Below, piece by piece: positions 1 through 13,341 of a DNA stretch of 64,000 nt. The DNA is from Stegostoma tigrinum (taxonomy: Eukaryota): positions 27,279,266 to 27,343,265 of the forward strand of contig NC_081362.1 of assembly GCF_030684315.1 (NCBI RefSeq). Direction: 5' to 3'. The position numbers and the translations under genes were made by a program. The notes under the pieces are model-generated. The model was not told the DNA's origin and searched no databases. It was given only the letters and a program-made list of their open reading frames with translations. How positions within the stretch are numbered: position 1 is the stretch's first letter; each line of letters opens with the position of its first letter.

Positions 1-2032
1 GATATGTAGGCAGATCGTGGAAACATGCTAAAACATGGTTATTTTGACATTCCCAATAATGACGGGAACTCCCTTAGTGCCAGGGGCTTAGATGAGACAG
101 GATTTGTTAGATGCATTCAGGAGGGCTTCTTAAAACAATATGTAGATAGCTCAATTAGGGAAGGGGCCTTACCAGAACAGTATTGGTGAATGTGCCTGGC
201 CAGACAATCGAAGTTTTAGTGGGAAAGCATTTGGAACAGTGATCATAATTCTGTAAGTTCTAAGATAGTTACTGGATAAGATTGGTCCCTTAGGTGAAAG
301 TGCTAAACTCGGGGAGGGCTAATTATAACAATATTAGGCAGGAACAAGACAAATTATACGTGGGGGTGGCCTTTTGAGGGTACATCCACAACTGAAATAT
401 GGGAGTCTTTTAAAGGCTAGCTGATCAGAGTTTAGGACCAGCATGTTCCTGTGAGGAAGATATGGATGGCAAAATTCACGAACTTTGGATGATAAGAAAT
501 ATTAAAAGTCTAGTCAAACAAAAAATGTAGCATTTGTAAGGTTTAGGAAACTGAAATCAGGCAAGATCTTTTAAGAATATAAAGGCAGCAGGAAAGAACT
601 TAAACAAAGAATTAGGAAGACAAAAAAAGGGTCTACAAAATGTCTGTGACAAATCGGATTAATGAGAATCCCAAGGCATTTCATACTTACGTTAGGAGCA
701 ACATAGTAGCTAGGTAAAAGTAAGGTCTACTTAAAGACAAAGGAACAAAGAGAAAATGGAGCCAGGAAAAGTGGGTGATGTCCTCAATGAGTACTACACA
801 TTGGTATTCACCAAGAAGGACATGGACAACGTTAAGAATATGAAGGAGTATGTTGATATTCTAGGACATGTTGATATTAAAGAGGCGGTGGTGTTGGACG
901 TCTTGGAAACGTTAAGGTAGATAAGCCCCCAGAGCTTGGTGAGATCTATCCCTGGATAATGAGGGAGGAAAGGGGGGGAAGATTCTAAGGGCCATGACAG
1001 TGAGATTTGTATTCTGTTTCGCCACAGGTGAGGTCCCTGAAAACTAGAGAATAATCAATGTTATTTCTTTGCTAAGGAGGGCAACCAAGGGCAATTCATG
1101 AAATTATAGGCCGTGGGCCTTGCATCAGAAGTAGGGAAATTATTGGAGAAGATTCTCAGGGACAAAAAATATTTGTATTTGGTAAAGAATGGATTTATTT
1201 GGGATATTCAGCATGGTATTGTGTGGGGGTGGTCTTGTCTTACAAATTTGACAGAGCTTTTTGAAGAAGTTTAGTTTGGGATTATGTTCAACATGGACTA
1301 GTTGGACCGAAGGGTCTGTTTCCATACTATCTGTCTCTATAACTCTAAGTGACAAAAATGACTGATGAGGACAGGGCAGTGGATATAATCTATGTGGACT
1401 TTACAAAGGCATTTGACAAGGTCCCTGAAGGTAGGCTGGTCCAGAAGATTAAGTCACTTAGGATCGATAATGATTAGGCAAGTTGTATATAAAACTGTCT
1501 TCTATGACACAGCCAGAGGTTAGTTGTAGAGTGTTGCTTTTCCGACAGCAGCCTGTGACTAGTGTATTTTCTACAAATATGAGAGCTGGGACCTCTGCTG
1601 CTTGTAATATCAAGATAAAGTTATATTAATATGATCTGATTGAAAGCGTAGGTAATCTGATGAGTAGGTTTGCAGAAGACACAAAAGTTCATGCAGTTGT
1701 GGTTAGTGAGGAAGGTTGTCAAAGGATACAGTAAGATATAGGTCAGCTGAAAAGTTGAATGGTGAAATCACAGATGGAGTTTAATCCGGACAAATGAGAG
1801 GCAATGCATTTTGGGATGTCAAATGCAAGAGGAAATGGCAGGACCCTTAGGAGCACTGATATACAGAGGGATCTTGGGGTGCAAATCCATAGCTTCCCGA
1901 AAGTGGTAACACAAGTTGATAAACTGGTATATGGCATGCTTGCCTTCGATCGGCCAGGTATACAGTATAAAAGTTAGCAAATAATGTTGCAGAAAAATAA
2001 AAGCCACATTTGGAGTAGAGCATGCAGTTCTT

Positions 2033-3047
2033 AGCGAGTTTTGAGAAGATTTGTAGCTCAGGTTGAGGTTCTTTTTGTGAGTTTGCTCGCTGAGCTGGAA
2101 GGTTAGTTTTCAACTGTTTCGTCACCATTCTAGGTAACATCATCAGTGAGCCTCCGACGAAGCGCTGGTGTTATGTCCCGCTTTCTATTTACATGTTTAG
2201 GTTTCCTTGGGTTGGTGATGTCATTTCCTGGGTTGGTGATGTCATTTCCTGTTCTTTTTCTCAGGGGATGGTAGATTGATTTGGAACCAATGTGTTTGTT
2301 GATGGAGTTCCGGTTGGAATGCCATGCTTCTAGGAATTCTCGTGTGCGTCTCTGTTTGGCTTGTCCTAGGATGGATGTGTTGTCCCAATCAAAGTGGTGT
2401 CCTTCCTCATCTGTATGTAAGGATACGAGTGATAGTGGGTCATGTCGTTTTGTGGCTAGTTGACGTTCATGTATCCTGGTGGCTAGCTTTCTGCCTGTTT
2501 GTCCAATGTAGTGTTTGTCACAGTTCTTGCAAGGTATTTTGTAAATGACGTTCGTTTTGCAAAATAAACGTCATCTATAAAATACCTTGCAAGAACTGTG
2601 ACAAACACTACATTGGACAAACAGGCAGAAAGCTAGCCACCAGGATACATGAACGTCAACTAGCCACAAAACGACATGACCCACTATCACTCATATCCTT
2701 ACATACAGATGAGGAAGGACACCACTTTGATTGGGACAACACATCCATCCTAGGACAAGCCAAACAGAGACGCACACGAGAATTCCTAGAAGCATGGCAT
2801 TCCAACCGGAACTCCATCAACAAACACATTGGTTCCAAATCAATCTACCATCCCCTGAGAAAAAGAACAGGAAATGACATCACCAACACAGGAAATGACA
2901 TCACCAACCCAAGGAAACCTAAACATGTAAATAGAAAGCGGGACATAACACCAGCGCTTCGTCGGAGGCTCATTGATGATGTTACTTAGAATGGTGATGA
3001 AACGGCTGAAAACTAACCTTCCAGCTCAGCGAGCAAACTCACATCCA
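2033..3047. mobile_element. Fold-back (palindromic) Penelope-like element fragment encoding the GIY-YIG endonuclease C-terminus, with a 12-bp TSD
   Basis: Arms 2076-2559 and 2560-3043 are near-perfect reverse complements. They encode VIYKIPCKNCDKHYIGQTGRKLATRIHE. TSD CATGCAGTTCTT at 2021-2032 and 3048-3059. Confidence 0.9.
2109..2149 (-). ncRNA. Hammerhead ribozyme-like motif in palindrome arm (degenerate mirror copy at about 2970-3010, plus strand)
   Basis: Minus strand reads UCA-CUGAUGA-UGUUACC-UAGAAU-GGUGAC-GAAAC-AGUU-GA. Confidence 0.55.
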
Positions 3048-3719
3048 CATGCAGTTCTTGTTGCCACACTAAGGACATTGAGGCTTTGGAGAGGTTGCAA
3101 AATACGTTTACCAGGACGTTGCTCTGGATTGAAGCGTATTAGTTATATGGAGAAGCTGGTCAAATTTGGATTGATTTTGCTGGAACGTCACAGGCTGAGG
3201 GGTGACCTGTCAGAAGTATATAAAATTATGAGAGGTATCAATAGGGCAGATAGTCACAGTCTTTTTCCCAGGGTTGAAATATCAAATATTGGGGGTATAA
3301 GTTTATGGTGAGACAGGGAACGTTTAAGAGAGATTTGCGAGGCAAGTTATTTTAACAGTGAGTTTTACGTGCCTAGAATGCACTGCTAGAGGAGATGGTG
3401 GAAGCAGATATGACAGCAATACTTAAGTGGCATTTATACAGACACATGAACAGGCAGAGAATAGAGGGATACGGACCATGTGCAGGCAAATGGGATTTGT
3501 TTAGAATGGCAGGCTATACGACCTATTTCACTGTTATACTGTTCCATCTTCTATAGACTGGATTAATTAAATTGACAAGGGTAGCCTCAAGAGAGTGATC
3601 ATCGATTTTATTACAGATTGTGGTTCTCCAACAAATTGTTCTGAACAAATCAGGGAGCAGACTATTTTGGATTTAGTATTGTATAATGAGACAGGACTAA
3701 TGAACAATCACATAGACAT

Positions 3720-5120
3720 AGATATAGACAGAGTTTTACAGCCTGGTTTCCATGCTATTCGACCTTCACATTAAACTAGTCCCATTTGCCTGCGTTTAGT
3801 TCATATCCCTTCATACCTATCCCATCCGTGTACCTGTCCAAATGTTTCTTAAATGACAAAATTGTACTCGCCTCCACACTACCCTCTGGCAGCCTGTTCC
3901 AGGCACTCACCACCCTCTGTAAAAAAATAAATTGTCTCTCTGGACCCTTTTGTACCTCTCTAGCTTCCATGTTCTTCACCACATTAAATACTGACAAAAT
4001 ATTTAGTATTTCACCGCTCACCCATCTCCTGTGGTTCCATACATAGCATCTTTAGATCCTTGCTGATCTTTAAAATGGCCCTTTTCTCGCCCTTGTTACT
4101 CTTGCCATTAATATATTTGTAGAATCTCTTTAGATGCTCCTTAACCCTATTTGCCAAAGCCATGTCATGTCCTCTTTTTGCCCTCCTGAATTCCCTCTTC
4201 AGTGTACTCCTACTGCCTTTATACTCCTCTAGGGATTCACACGATCCCAGCTGTCTCTGCCTGACATATGCCTCTTTCTATCCCTTGGCCAGAACCCCAA
4301 TTTTTCTAGTCATCTAGTTTTCCCTATAACTACCAGCCTAACCCAATAGGAATATACTCTCTAACCTCTCACCTGTCATTATCTAATTTTTGAAGATGTC
4401 CCACTTTTCAACTTCTCAGAATCAACTTTTGCCTAACACCATCAAAACTGGCCTTACTCTAACTTTTAGATCACATCTATCCCTTTCCATAACTGTTTTA
4501 AAACTATTGGAATTATGATCACTAGCTCCAAAGTGCTCTCCCTATTGCCAACTCTGTCACTTGCCCTGCCTTATTTTCGAACAGAAGCTCAACTTTTGGT
4601 CCTTCTCTAATAGGTACATCCACATACCGCATAAGAAAATTTTCCTGTACACGTACTTAACAAATTCCACTCTATCCAAGCCCTTAACACGATGGCAGTT
4701 CCAATCTAAGTTTAGAAAGTTAAAATCCCCTCCCATTACTACCATATTATTTTTACATATATATGAGATCTCCTTTATTATTTGCTTCTCAACTTCACAC
4801 TGACTATTTGAAGGCCTACAGTAAAATCCCAATAAGGTGATCATCGCTTTCTTATTTCTCAGTTCCACCCACATAACTTCACTGGATGTTTTCCAAGGAA
4901 TATCCTTACCCAAAAAGGCCACAGCCCTTCCTGTCTTGCTATCCCTTTCCATTCTTCCTTTAGGTTCTATACCCTGGAATACTGCGCTGCCAGTCGTGCC
5001 CCTCTCTAAGCCGCATTTCTATCAAAGCTATGATATCCTAGTCCTATGTTCCCAACCATGCCCTAAGTTTATCCGTCTTGCCTGTCAGGCTTCTTGCACA
5101 GAAGTAAATGCAGTTTAATT
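3720..5120 (-). mobile_element. CR1-type LINE fragments (3' tail plus endonuclease region)
   Basis: Translations FLQRVVSAWNRLPEGSVEASTILSFKKHLDRY and WVELRNKK..TLLGFYCRPSNS..VVMGGDFNF. Confidence 0.8.
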
Positions 5121-5329
5121 AATCACCCTCACCTTATTCTCTGCTCTTGCCTTGAATATTTAACTTGCAGCCCTTATTCACTGAACTAGCCTCAGACCTA
5201 TCTCTTTTCTCCCTTATCACAATAGAATACTTGGGACCCAATATACGCCTTTTTACAGTACAGCCAGTTAGGGTACTGGAAAGCTGGCTGTCAGTGTAAT
5301 ATTCCCCCGAGAGGCATCAGTCCTTAACT

Positions 5330-6990
5330 CGATTGAGTGTTTTGAAGAGAAGACAAAGACTGATGAAGGCAAAGCCGTTAACGTCTATATGGACTTCAGC
5401 AAGACACAAGGTTCCGCATGATAGACTGTTTAGCAAGGTTAGAACACGTGAAATCCAGCAGGAGCTGGCCAATTGGATACACAATTGGCTTGAGGCAGGA
5501 GACATAGGGTGGTGGTGGTAGAGGCCTGTGACCAGTGCTGAGCTGCGAGGATCAATGTTGGATCCGCTGTTTTTAGTCATTTATATAAATGATTTGGATG
5601 TGAATATAGGAGGTATGGTTACTATGTTTGGAGATGACACCAAAATTATTGGGGTAATGGACAGTGAGTCAGAGTACAATGGGTCCATGATCAGATGGAC
5701 TAATGGGCTGAGGAAGGACAGATGCAGTTAAATTTAAATAAGTGTGAGGTGTTGCATTTTGGTATGCCAAACCAGGGCAGGGTTTACACAGTTGGTGGTA
5801 GGGCCCAGGGGAGTGCTGCCAAACAAAGAGACCGAAGAGTGTAGGTGCATAGTTCTGAGAAAGTGGAGTCGCAGGTAGACAGTGGTGAAGAAGGCATTTG
5901 ACACGTTTGCCTTCATTGATCTGCGCATTGAGCATCGGAGCTGGGATGTCATGTTGTGGCTTTACAGGTTACTGGTGAGGCAACTTCTGGAATACTGCAT
6001 TGATTTCTGGTCTCCCTGCTTTAGGAAAAGTATTGTTAAACTTGATAGGGTGCAGAAAAAAATTTATAAGGATGTGGCTGAGAATGGAGGGTTTGAACAA
6101 CAGGGAGAGGCTTAATTGGCAGGGAAACACACACGCACACACACACACATACTCTCTCTCTCTTTCTCACAACGTCAGAGGGGTGACTTTGTACAGGTTT
6201 ATACGATCATGAAGTGCATGGATAGGGGGAACAGTCATGGTCTTTTTCTCAGGATAGGGAGTCCAAAACCAGAGGACACAGGTTTAACGTGAGAGGGGCA
6301 AGACTTAAAAGGGACATCAGAGGGAACTTTTTCAACTGATGATGATGGATGTATGGAATGAGCTGCCAGAGGCAATGGTGGACGTGGATATAATTACAAC
6401 ATTTAAAAGTTATCTGGGTGGGTACGTGAATAGGAAGGGTTTGGAGAAATATGAGCCAAATGGGACTAGATCAGTTTAGGGTACAGTCAGCACAGACAAT
6501 TTGGGCCAAATGGTCTGTTTCTGATCTGTATAACGAGGGCTCCATCTCTATCAATGATGTGGATATGAGAATAAAATATACTATAGCCAAATTTTCAGAA
6601 GATACTAAAATCAGAGGAAAATAAGCTTCAATGAAGAAATAAGAAATTTACAATTGGGATGGATAGGATAAGTAAATAATTCAATACGTGACAGATGAAG
6701 TTTAATATGGATAAGTGTGTGGGATTGACAAAGTGGGCATAAAGCAGATATCTCACCTTGTGGGACACTCCAATATGAAAGGTCATAGTTTTAAGCTAAA
6801 GGATAGCAGATTTAAGAGTCACGAGGAGGAACTACTTCTATCAAAGGGTCGTGAATCTGCAGTATTTCCTACCCCAGGGTGCAGTGGATGCCAGGATACT
6901 GAATAAATTTAAGGAGGAGATGGTCAGATTTTTAATTAGTTATGGGCAGTGGGCAAGGAAGCGGAGTTGAGGCCAAGATGAGATCAACCA
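5330..6990 (+). mobile_element. CR1-type LINE fragments (RT to 3' tail) with an internal (CA)n(CT)n microsatellite at about 6127-6168
   Basis: GSMLDPLFLVIYINDLDVNIGGMVTMFGDDTKI and LVRQLLEYCIDFWSPCFRK motifs; CR1 tail. Confidence 0.8.
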
Positions 6991-7832
6991 ATATCTCGAG
7001 ATTGTATTTCCTGAGCAAATAGTGTCAGCAAGATGTTAGAACCAAATATGTGAGATTAGTGATTTGACCACACCAGCAAGAACATCAGAACAAGGAAGTG
7101 CAAAATATTTACACTTTATTCTTTTGCCTCCAAGTATAACCCAAGTATTTTCTTTTTCAGATATTCAGAGGATTAAACATTTACACTTCCACATTACTGT
7201 ATACGATTATGTATAAAACAATTTTTGTATCTTTACTGAATAAAAATCATTTTAAAATAAACCAAAAATTCTGTTCAAGAAACTGCTTGGTAGATTTTGA
7301 TGCTGAACACCAGACATAGATAAGGAATATAAAATTGGTTATTTTGGCATTTCCACAGGCAAATGAATATTTTTGATGATTAACCAGTACTTCTCTTTGG
7401 ATACCACATACTCTGTCTGCTGAGGTCATGCCATGTTGTAAATTGACCAAAGTGTTAATAAAATCTTTTGTCTGCTTTTTCTATGATTTTACTTTATTAT
7501 GATAAGAGTTTGGGAAAAATTTTGAGTGTACTCTTCAAATGAATGCACGTGACTGTTCACTTCAGAATCTCTAAGGCAAATGATTGCTTGGAAGATTGTT
7601 TAGGTTCATTGGCATTTTTTTTGTTCCAAGCATGCATTTTTGAAAGTCTCTCAAGGGGATAGAACTGGTTTTAGAAATCAGAACAGCCAGTTAAAGAATT
7701 CCAGCATCAGGGATTTAGAAGGGTCCTGGCTGCTACTTTTCCCCTCAAATCTGGGTATGCCTATTGGAAAAAGGGAGCTTTTTATTAAACAAATATGTCA
7801 TTATAATTTTTAATTACAAAAGCTTGTCTTAC

Positions 7833-7894
7833 CACACTTCTACATTGGACGAAAAATCTTTTGTACATTCCCAGAAACTCATCAAAATCAATCA
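7833..7894 (-). CDS. CEP43: CEP43 exon, second EF-hand-like segment (V-IDFDEFLGMYKRFFVQCRSV)
   Basis: Long pyrimidine tract plus aattAG acceptor, GTAAGA donor, 62 nt, phase 1-0. IDFDEFL is a typical EF-hand loop end. The remaining 3' exons were not found in the window. Confidence 0.87.
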
Positions 7895-8548
7895 CTAATT
7901 CAACAAGGAAGAAACAAAACAAATCACTTTAAAATCTTAACTGGATAAACAATAGCTTCAAAGTATTTTTGATTATATGATCTGCTGACAAATCTAATAT
8001 TGTATCAAATGAATAACAAAGCAAAATAACAACTTTTTCCATTGCGATTTCTTGGTTGCTGAGGTTAATTATCCTGCTGATTTCCTCATTTGCAGTGTTG
8101 TAGCTGCCCATGGCTGAGTATGACAAAATGGCTATTAGGGTTTTTTTTAAGTTGACAAGTCAATTGAAGGAAATTTTAGCTGATGTAGCATTTCATATAG
8201 CTCAAATCATGGCCTTCACAGACAGACAACAAAATGCCTGAGTCTTAGTAAGATCAGACTGGAATGCAAACAGTAAGACTAATAAGACAGCTCAGATGAA
8301 AACCATCTGATTTGAGATTTCGGATTTTTATACGAAGTAGAAAGGGAAAACTTGATTTTCCTGAGATGAAGCTTTTTAAATAACTATTATTACGTATTAA
8401 GAGTAGACACATTTACACAAGAATAGAAGTTTAAATTTACTAGATATTGGGGAATTAAATTTTGAAGACAGCTAGTTTTGGATGCAGAGATTAATTTCAA
8501 CAAACGCCCTTGAAGAAACTTTTTTCTCCGTCAGCAAGAAGATTAGAA

Positions 8549-8899
8549 CATGGGGGCTCAGTGGTTTGCACTGCTGCCTCACAGCACCAGTTATCCAGGT
8601 TTGATTTGACTCTTGGGTGACTGTCTGCGTGCAGTTTGCATATTCTCCTCATGTCCGTGTGGGTTTCCTCCAGGTGCTCTGGTTTCCTCCCACAGTTCAA
8701 AGATGCGCAGGTTAGGTGGACTGGCCATGCTAAATTGCCCCATAAATTTCCGGGGATGTGCAGTTTAAGGTGAGCAGCTGTGCTAAATGTACGGTTACAG
8801 GGATATGGTGGGGGTGGGTTTGGGTGAGATGGTCGTCGGAGGGTCACTGTGGATATGATGGGCAGATTGGCCTACTTCAACACTGTACAGATTCTATGA
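8549..8899 (+). mobile_element. HE1-like tRNA-derived SINE
   Basis: A-box-like ggctcagtggtttgcactgctgcctcacagc, central gtgggtttcctccaggtgctctggtttcctcccacag, LINE-like tail cacactgtacagattctatga. Confidence 0.8.
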
Positions 8900-11059
8900 A
8901 GGACCTGAAGACAAACAACACGGCAGGGGCGATAGAAACAATTTTGCAACAGATCACTACGACCTCAAGAGAATAAACAACTGCTACTTTACCAGTCAGA
9001 TAAGAGGGAAGCTGTTAACGAAATTGTTACCTTTGTCACAGAATCATAGTATTATGTTTAACTATGTATACTTTTATACATAACTTTATATTAGAGTTGA
9101 TATTACAAATATTCTCTCAATTGGAGGAATCAACATCCCTTGCAAGGGATCTGAATTGCATGAGCAAATTTGAAAAGTCGTCATTAGTAATAAACAAGAA
9201 AACGATGCGGCTAGCACATGTCTAGTAAGGGATGTAAATCTATACTGGAATGTGGTTGATAATTGTAGGAGCAAAAGGACAGCTGATAAAGAGTCTGGCA
9301 GACATCATGAGATGATGAGAGACCCTAAGGTGGTCAATGAAGTTGTGCATCATTGATCGTGCATTTACAGGATTTGGTGTATTGGTCAAAGAGATACAGA
9401 AAGCACTGATGTCAATGTTGCAATGTAACCATTGTAATGTAGTATGTATAAATATCCTGTACTTTATTGGGAAAGGTAGAGTGTCACTGACGTCCAATAT
9501 GACCTGTGATTCAGAAAGCATGTGGGGCAAAATTCAGAGCAGTCTCTAGCCTCAGCCACATGCATAGTAAAGGAGCTCTGAGTTAACATCGATGTGTACT
9601 GAACACGGGGCTTCGACTCCTTTAACATACACTCAACTTTTTCATTTTAAAAATACTGGATCAAATGTTCCTCCACCTTCTTGGTCACAGCAAAATATGT
9701 TTAATGCCTAGGTATTGCTGCATAACCCATTCCCTATAGCAGGCAACCATTTCCTCATTCTTAAAAGCCTTTTAGAGTCAGCCAGATATTCAATGTCAAC
9801 AATGATGAACACTGAAACAAATGCAGTTGTGCATCAGCATCCCAGTGTTCCCAACCCTCACAGACGTACAATAATTATCTAAGAAATCTAAATTTCTGAG
9901 AGGCAGTTTTGCACTGCCTGGTAATCTCCAAATAAGCTCCCAAACTAGACTCTGTCAGAGGCGTAGACTTCCTGGGTGACACTTGTTTGAGAATTTTTCC
10001 ACTGTTAACTTCTAAAATAGGTCAGTAATTAACAGCAAAGCATCTTCCTTGGCAACAGGTCCTGGGGTAGGACTCTAACACACAGCTTTTGGTTAAGAGG
10101 TAGGTGTGCCACACACCATAATGAATGTATATGTTGAGAGGGATTTTGGTGTTATATACTAAATCCAAGAAAGTTAGCATGCCTGTGTAGCATCAACTCT
10201 GGAAGGTAAACAGTACATTAACTTTCATCACAAGGGGTCTGAGCATTTATCAAGTCAGTGAAGTTATTTTTTTTTAAATATAGCATCATTACGTAAGCTA
10301 TTGTCATAGGAACAAAAAAAAATCTTCCAGCAATTATACAGGGATCTGGAGAGACCAAGTTGTATTGTGCAAAATTTTTTATCGAAAGTAGTATGCTTCC
10401 CTTAGAAGAGACAGAACAATGGTTTCCTAGATTTATTGCTTAAATAAGAGGGGTGTCCCATGGTTGAAGGTTAAGTAGAACTTCTCAGTATTTTGGAGAA
10501 TAAAGAAATTGCAGGGTCACTTCAGTGAAACACACAGAGTTCATACAAGGTTTTACAAAATAAACGCTCAAAATCTGAATCCTGTTGAACGGACGGGTAT
10601 GGTCACATTTCGGGAATTTTCTACCTTATGAGGCTGTGGAAACTCAGCTAATGAGCATGTTTAACATGTGATCAATAGATCTTTTGAGAGCGCTAATGAA
10701 AATCAAAGGATATGCGAAGAAAGTAAAGTTAACGGAGATACTTAGGTGTAGTACTGAATGGCCCAGCGCTTTACAGGACCCAAATATTCTATTCCTAATT
10801 TTTCTATTCCTTAGGAAACTACACATTTAATGGGTTCATCAGAGGAATATCCGGACAGGAAAGTTCCCTTTGTGTTGAAACACATTATTAATTTCAAAGT
10901 AGAATGAATTTACATCACAGAGGAATCTAACAATCTTAGTAACAAAATAAACATGCTAGAAAGATAAACATTAAATTTTAACTGGGATCAGACGACAAAA
11001 TTCCAATTACTTCAGCAGCCTTAAATGTATTTAAGAAACTTATTGCCAAGTATACTTAC

Positions 11060-11109
11060 CATTATTAAAAGCTTTAAATTCATCATTTACATATCTGTCC
11101 AGCATATTC
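11060..11109 (-). CDS. CEP43: CEP43 exon (K-NMLDRYVNDEFKAFNN-)
   Basis: ctgatAG acceptor after a 101-nt intron, GTAAGT donor, 50 nt, phase 2-1, frame-compatible with both neighbours. Confidence 0.88.
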
Positions 11110-11210
11110 CTATCAGTGAAACAAATTATGGTTTCGATGGTTAAAATTCAACAAAAAGCAAGGTTTGAACCAGAGAACAATACAAAAGTAAACAGCGAAA
11201 AATCACTTAC

Positions 11211-11281
11211 TTGTGAAAGTGAGGAAAGAGGTCTATGAATAGATCCTTCAATTCTTCTTTATTTATCCTGCCATTTTTGTC
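11211..11281 (-). CDS. CEP43: CEP43 exon, EF-hand loop and exit helix (DKNGRINKEELKDLFIDLFPHFH-K)
   Basis: attttAG acceptor, GTAAGT donor, 71 nt, phase 0-2. Confidence 0.9.
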
Positions 11282-11849
11282 CTAAAATTGAGATAGGCCA
11301 TGTACTTTCTAAAACCTTTAGATGATATGCACATTTCTAAATTTTAACTCTGATAAACACAACACTCCCAAAAGATTTCCATCCCTTGAGTGTACACCAG
11401 AAGGAGTTAACTCCGGTATTTAATTGAACTAAAATATTGAAATTACAGAACACGAAGGATTCCAATCAAATCATAGAAAATATGACATCTCATGATTTCT
11501 TGCATTGAGTCTGTCCATTAAACTTCAAGATAACAAAATCATTTGTTATGGGCCTGAGATTTTCTGACAGGCTCTCCTGGAAAACAATCACTAACCGCAG
11601 GCAACCAAATATGGATTCTTTTATTTTCATACTGTGCTATATTTTTATATTGGATTGTTTACGTGTCATTAAAATGTGTAAATTTTACACCATTCATTAA
11701 AAAAAATTTATGGTAATAGCCATAAAACATCAACCTCACAAATCAGCTGATAACAAAAGTGCATGAAAATACATAAGAAATTAGAACATACACAAAATTC
11801 AGCACATATTTACAATCCAAACTATACTGGCAGAATGTTAAAAACTCAC

Positions 11850-11906
11850 TCTATCATAAAATTCAAACTTTCTCTGGGCTTCTGTTAAATGTTTTGCTGA
11901 CAACTC
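11850..11906 (-). CDS. CEP43: CEP43 exon, EF-hand entering helix (ELSAKHLTEAQRKFEFYDR)
   Basis: cttttttccAG acceptor, GTGAGT donor, 57 nt, phase 0-0; joins the next exon to build a canonical EF-hand loop. Confidence 0.88.
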
Positions 11907-13341
11907 CTGGAAAAAAGTCAAAACAAGCTTTTAACCCAAATAGGGAAAAATATATGAATTGTTACACAGTTGTAAATTTATTAAATTAGGTGGCCATACA
12001 TTGACCATCCCTCTTGGTCATGTTTTATTGTACACTAAAACGACCTTAACAATTCCATGCTTCTGAGAAACTATAATACTTCATTAACACTGGTTCGCGC
12101 AAATATGGTAGTTCTCAGAATAAGCACAAATAGGGCATAAAAGAAACCATTCTGCCTACCTAGCTTGCACTAGCTCCAGATGTACTATCCAGATCATTCT
12201 CATATTCCTGAAAATGTTTTCTCCATTAAGAAGTTATCCAATTTCCCTTTGAAGGTTATCATTGAATCTATATTCACCTCCTAGACAGATTGCTCCAATT
12301 CCAAAATGTTCTTATTAATACAAGTATTTCCACAAATGGTCATTGACTTTAGTCACCAGAAACAGTCATGTGACCATCCATGCTGACAGTCCATTTATTC
12401 CCCCCCTTGAAATCTAATACCATTTCCCTTGAGTTCTGTGTCATTTGCGAATTTCAACACTATACTTGTAGCTCCAAGTCATCCCAGGTTTTGCTCACTA
12501 CTCAGACTCCCCACATCCCCCTCAACCTGGTCATTCCTCACACATCCATTCTGCACTCCCACTCCAGTCACCAACTACAATCCTGCTTCTATCAGTTCCG
12601 CCTTGGTTACTTAATCGCACCGATACCCAGAGACAATGGGTAACAGGAGTAGGAATTAAAAGTAGGATAACGAAATTACGAAAAATATTCAGCATTGAGC
12701 TAAAAGCATATCTTGAGGAGCCTGTATTCATCTTTTAACAACAAAAGTTGGTTTATTGGAGTTGTACCTATATCTGCATCTCTCTCCTCACCTTGCTGAC
12801 ACATCTACGCTACAGCGAAGAGAACAAGTTCCCTCTGTAGCCTATGAAACTGTTAAGAATGTAATTTTAAATGCAGTCGGCAAGGAATCCCTCTGCTTTG
12901 CTACTGACCTCAAGATCTATGCATTATTTTCATGGCATTCTAATCTTACTTCCCGTCAGTAAAATTTCATGACTCTCAGAAAATATCTGCTAACTGCTTC
13001 ACTTATATCTGAATTAGCTTCCTAGTGCTGCTGAGTGGTTTGTCACTGGTGCACTGAACTACCTCCAGAAACTACAGGAGGGATTAAAACGTTAGCATTC
13101 CTGTCATTCATTTTCTAATTTTCCCCATTCACATCCCTTCACCTCTAGCACCAATGGCCTAGTAAAACAACATAATCTCCCACAGCCTCACATATTGAAA
13201 AGCTGCGGAATTTGGAACTTAAAATAATTATGAAGGTTGAGAGCAGAAAGAGGACCATATCGGTATGTAAATCCCAGTAACCTTTACAAACAATAATACT
13301 TATCACCAGTCGCACAAAGTGAGGCATTAATTATTTAGTAC

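Larger units (their letters stand above)
1..3550 (+). mobile_element. Degenerate CR1/HER1-type LINE (ORF2 RT region to 3' tail), interrupted by a PLE palindrome at 2033-3047
   Basis: Remnant CR1 motifs (VDIIYVDFTKAFDKV, FAEDTKV, LRGDLSEVYKIMRG) and a CR1-like 3' tail; many stops and frameshifts. Confidence 0.85.

Noticed and set aside
2281-2838. Near-identical 60-aa ORFs on opposite strands
   Set aside because: Antisense frames of the PLE palindrome arms, not duplicated genes.
8549-8620. tRNA-like A/B boxes (also at 16675 and 38937)
   Set aside because: Heads of tRNA-derived SINEs, not cloverleaf tRNA genes.
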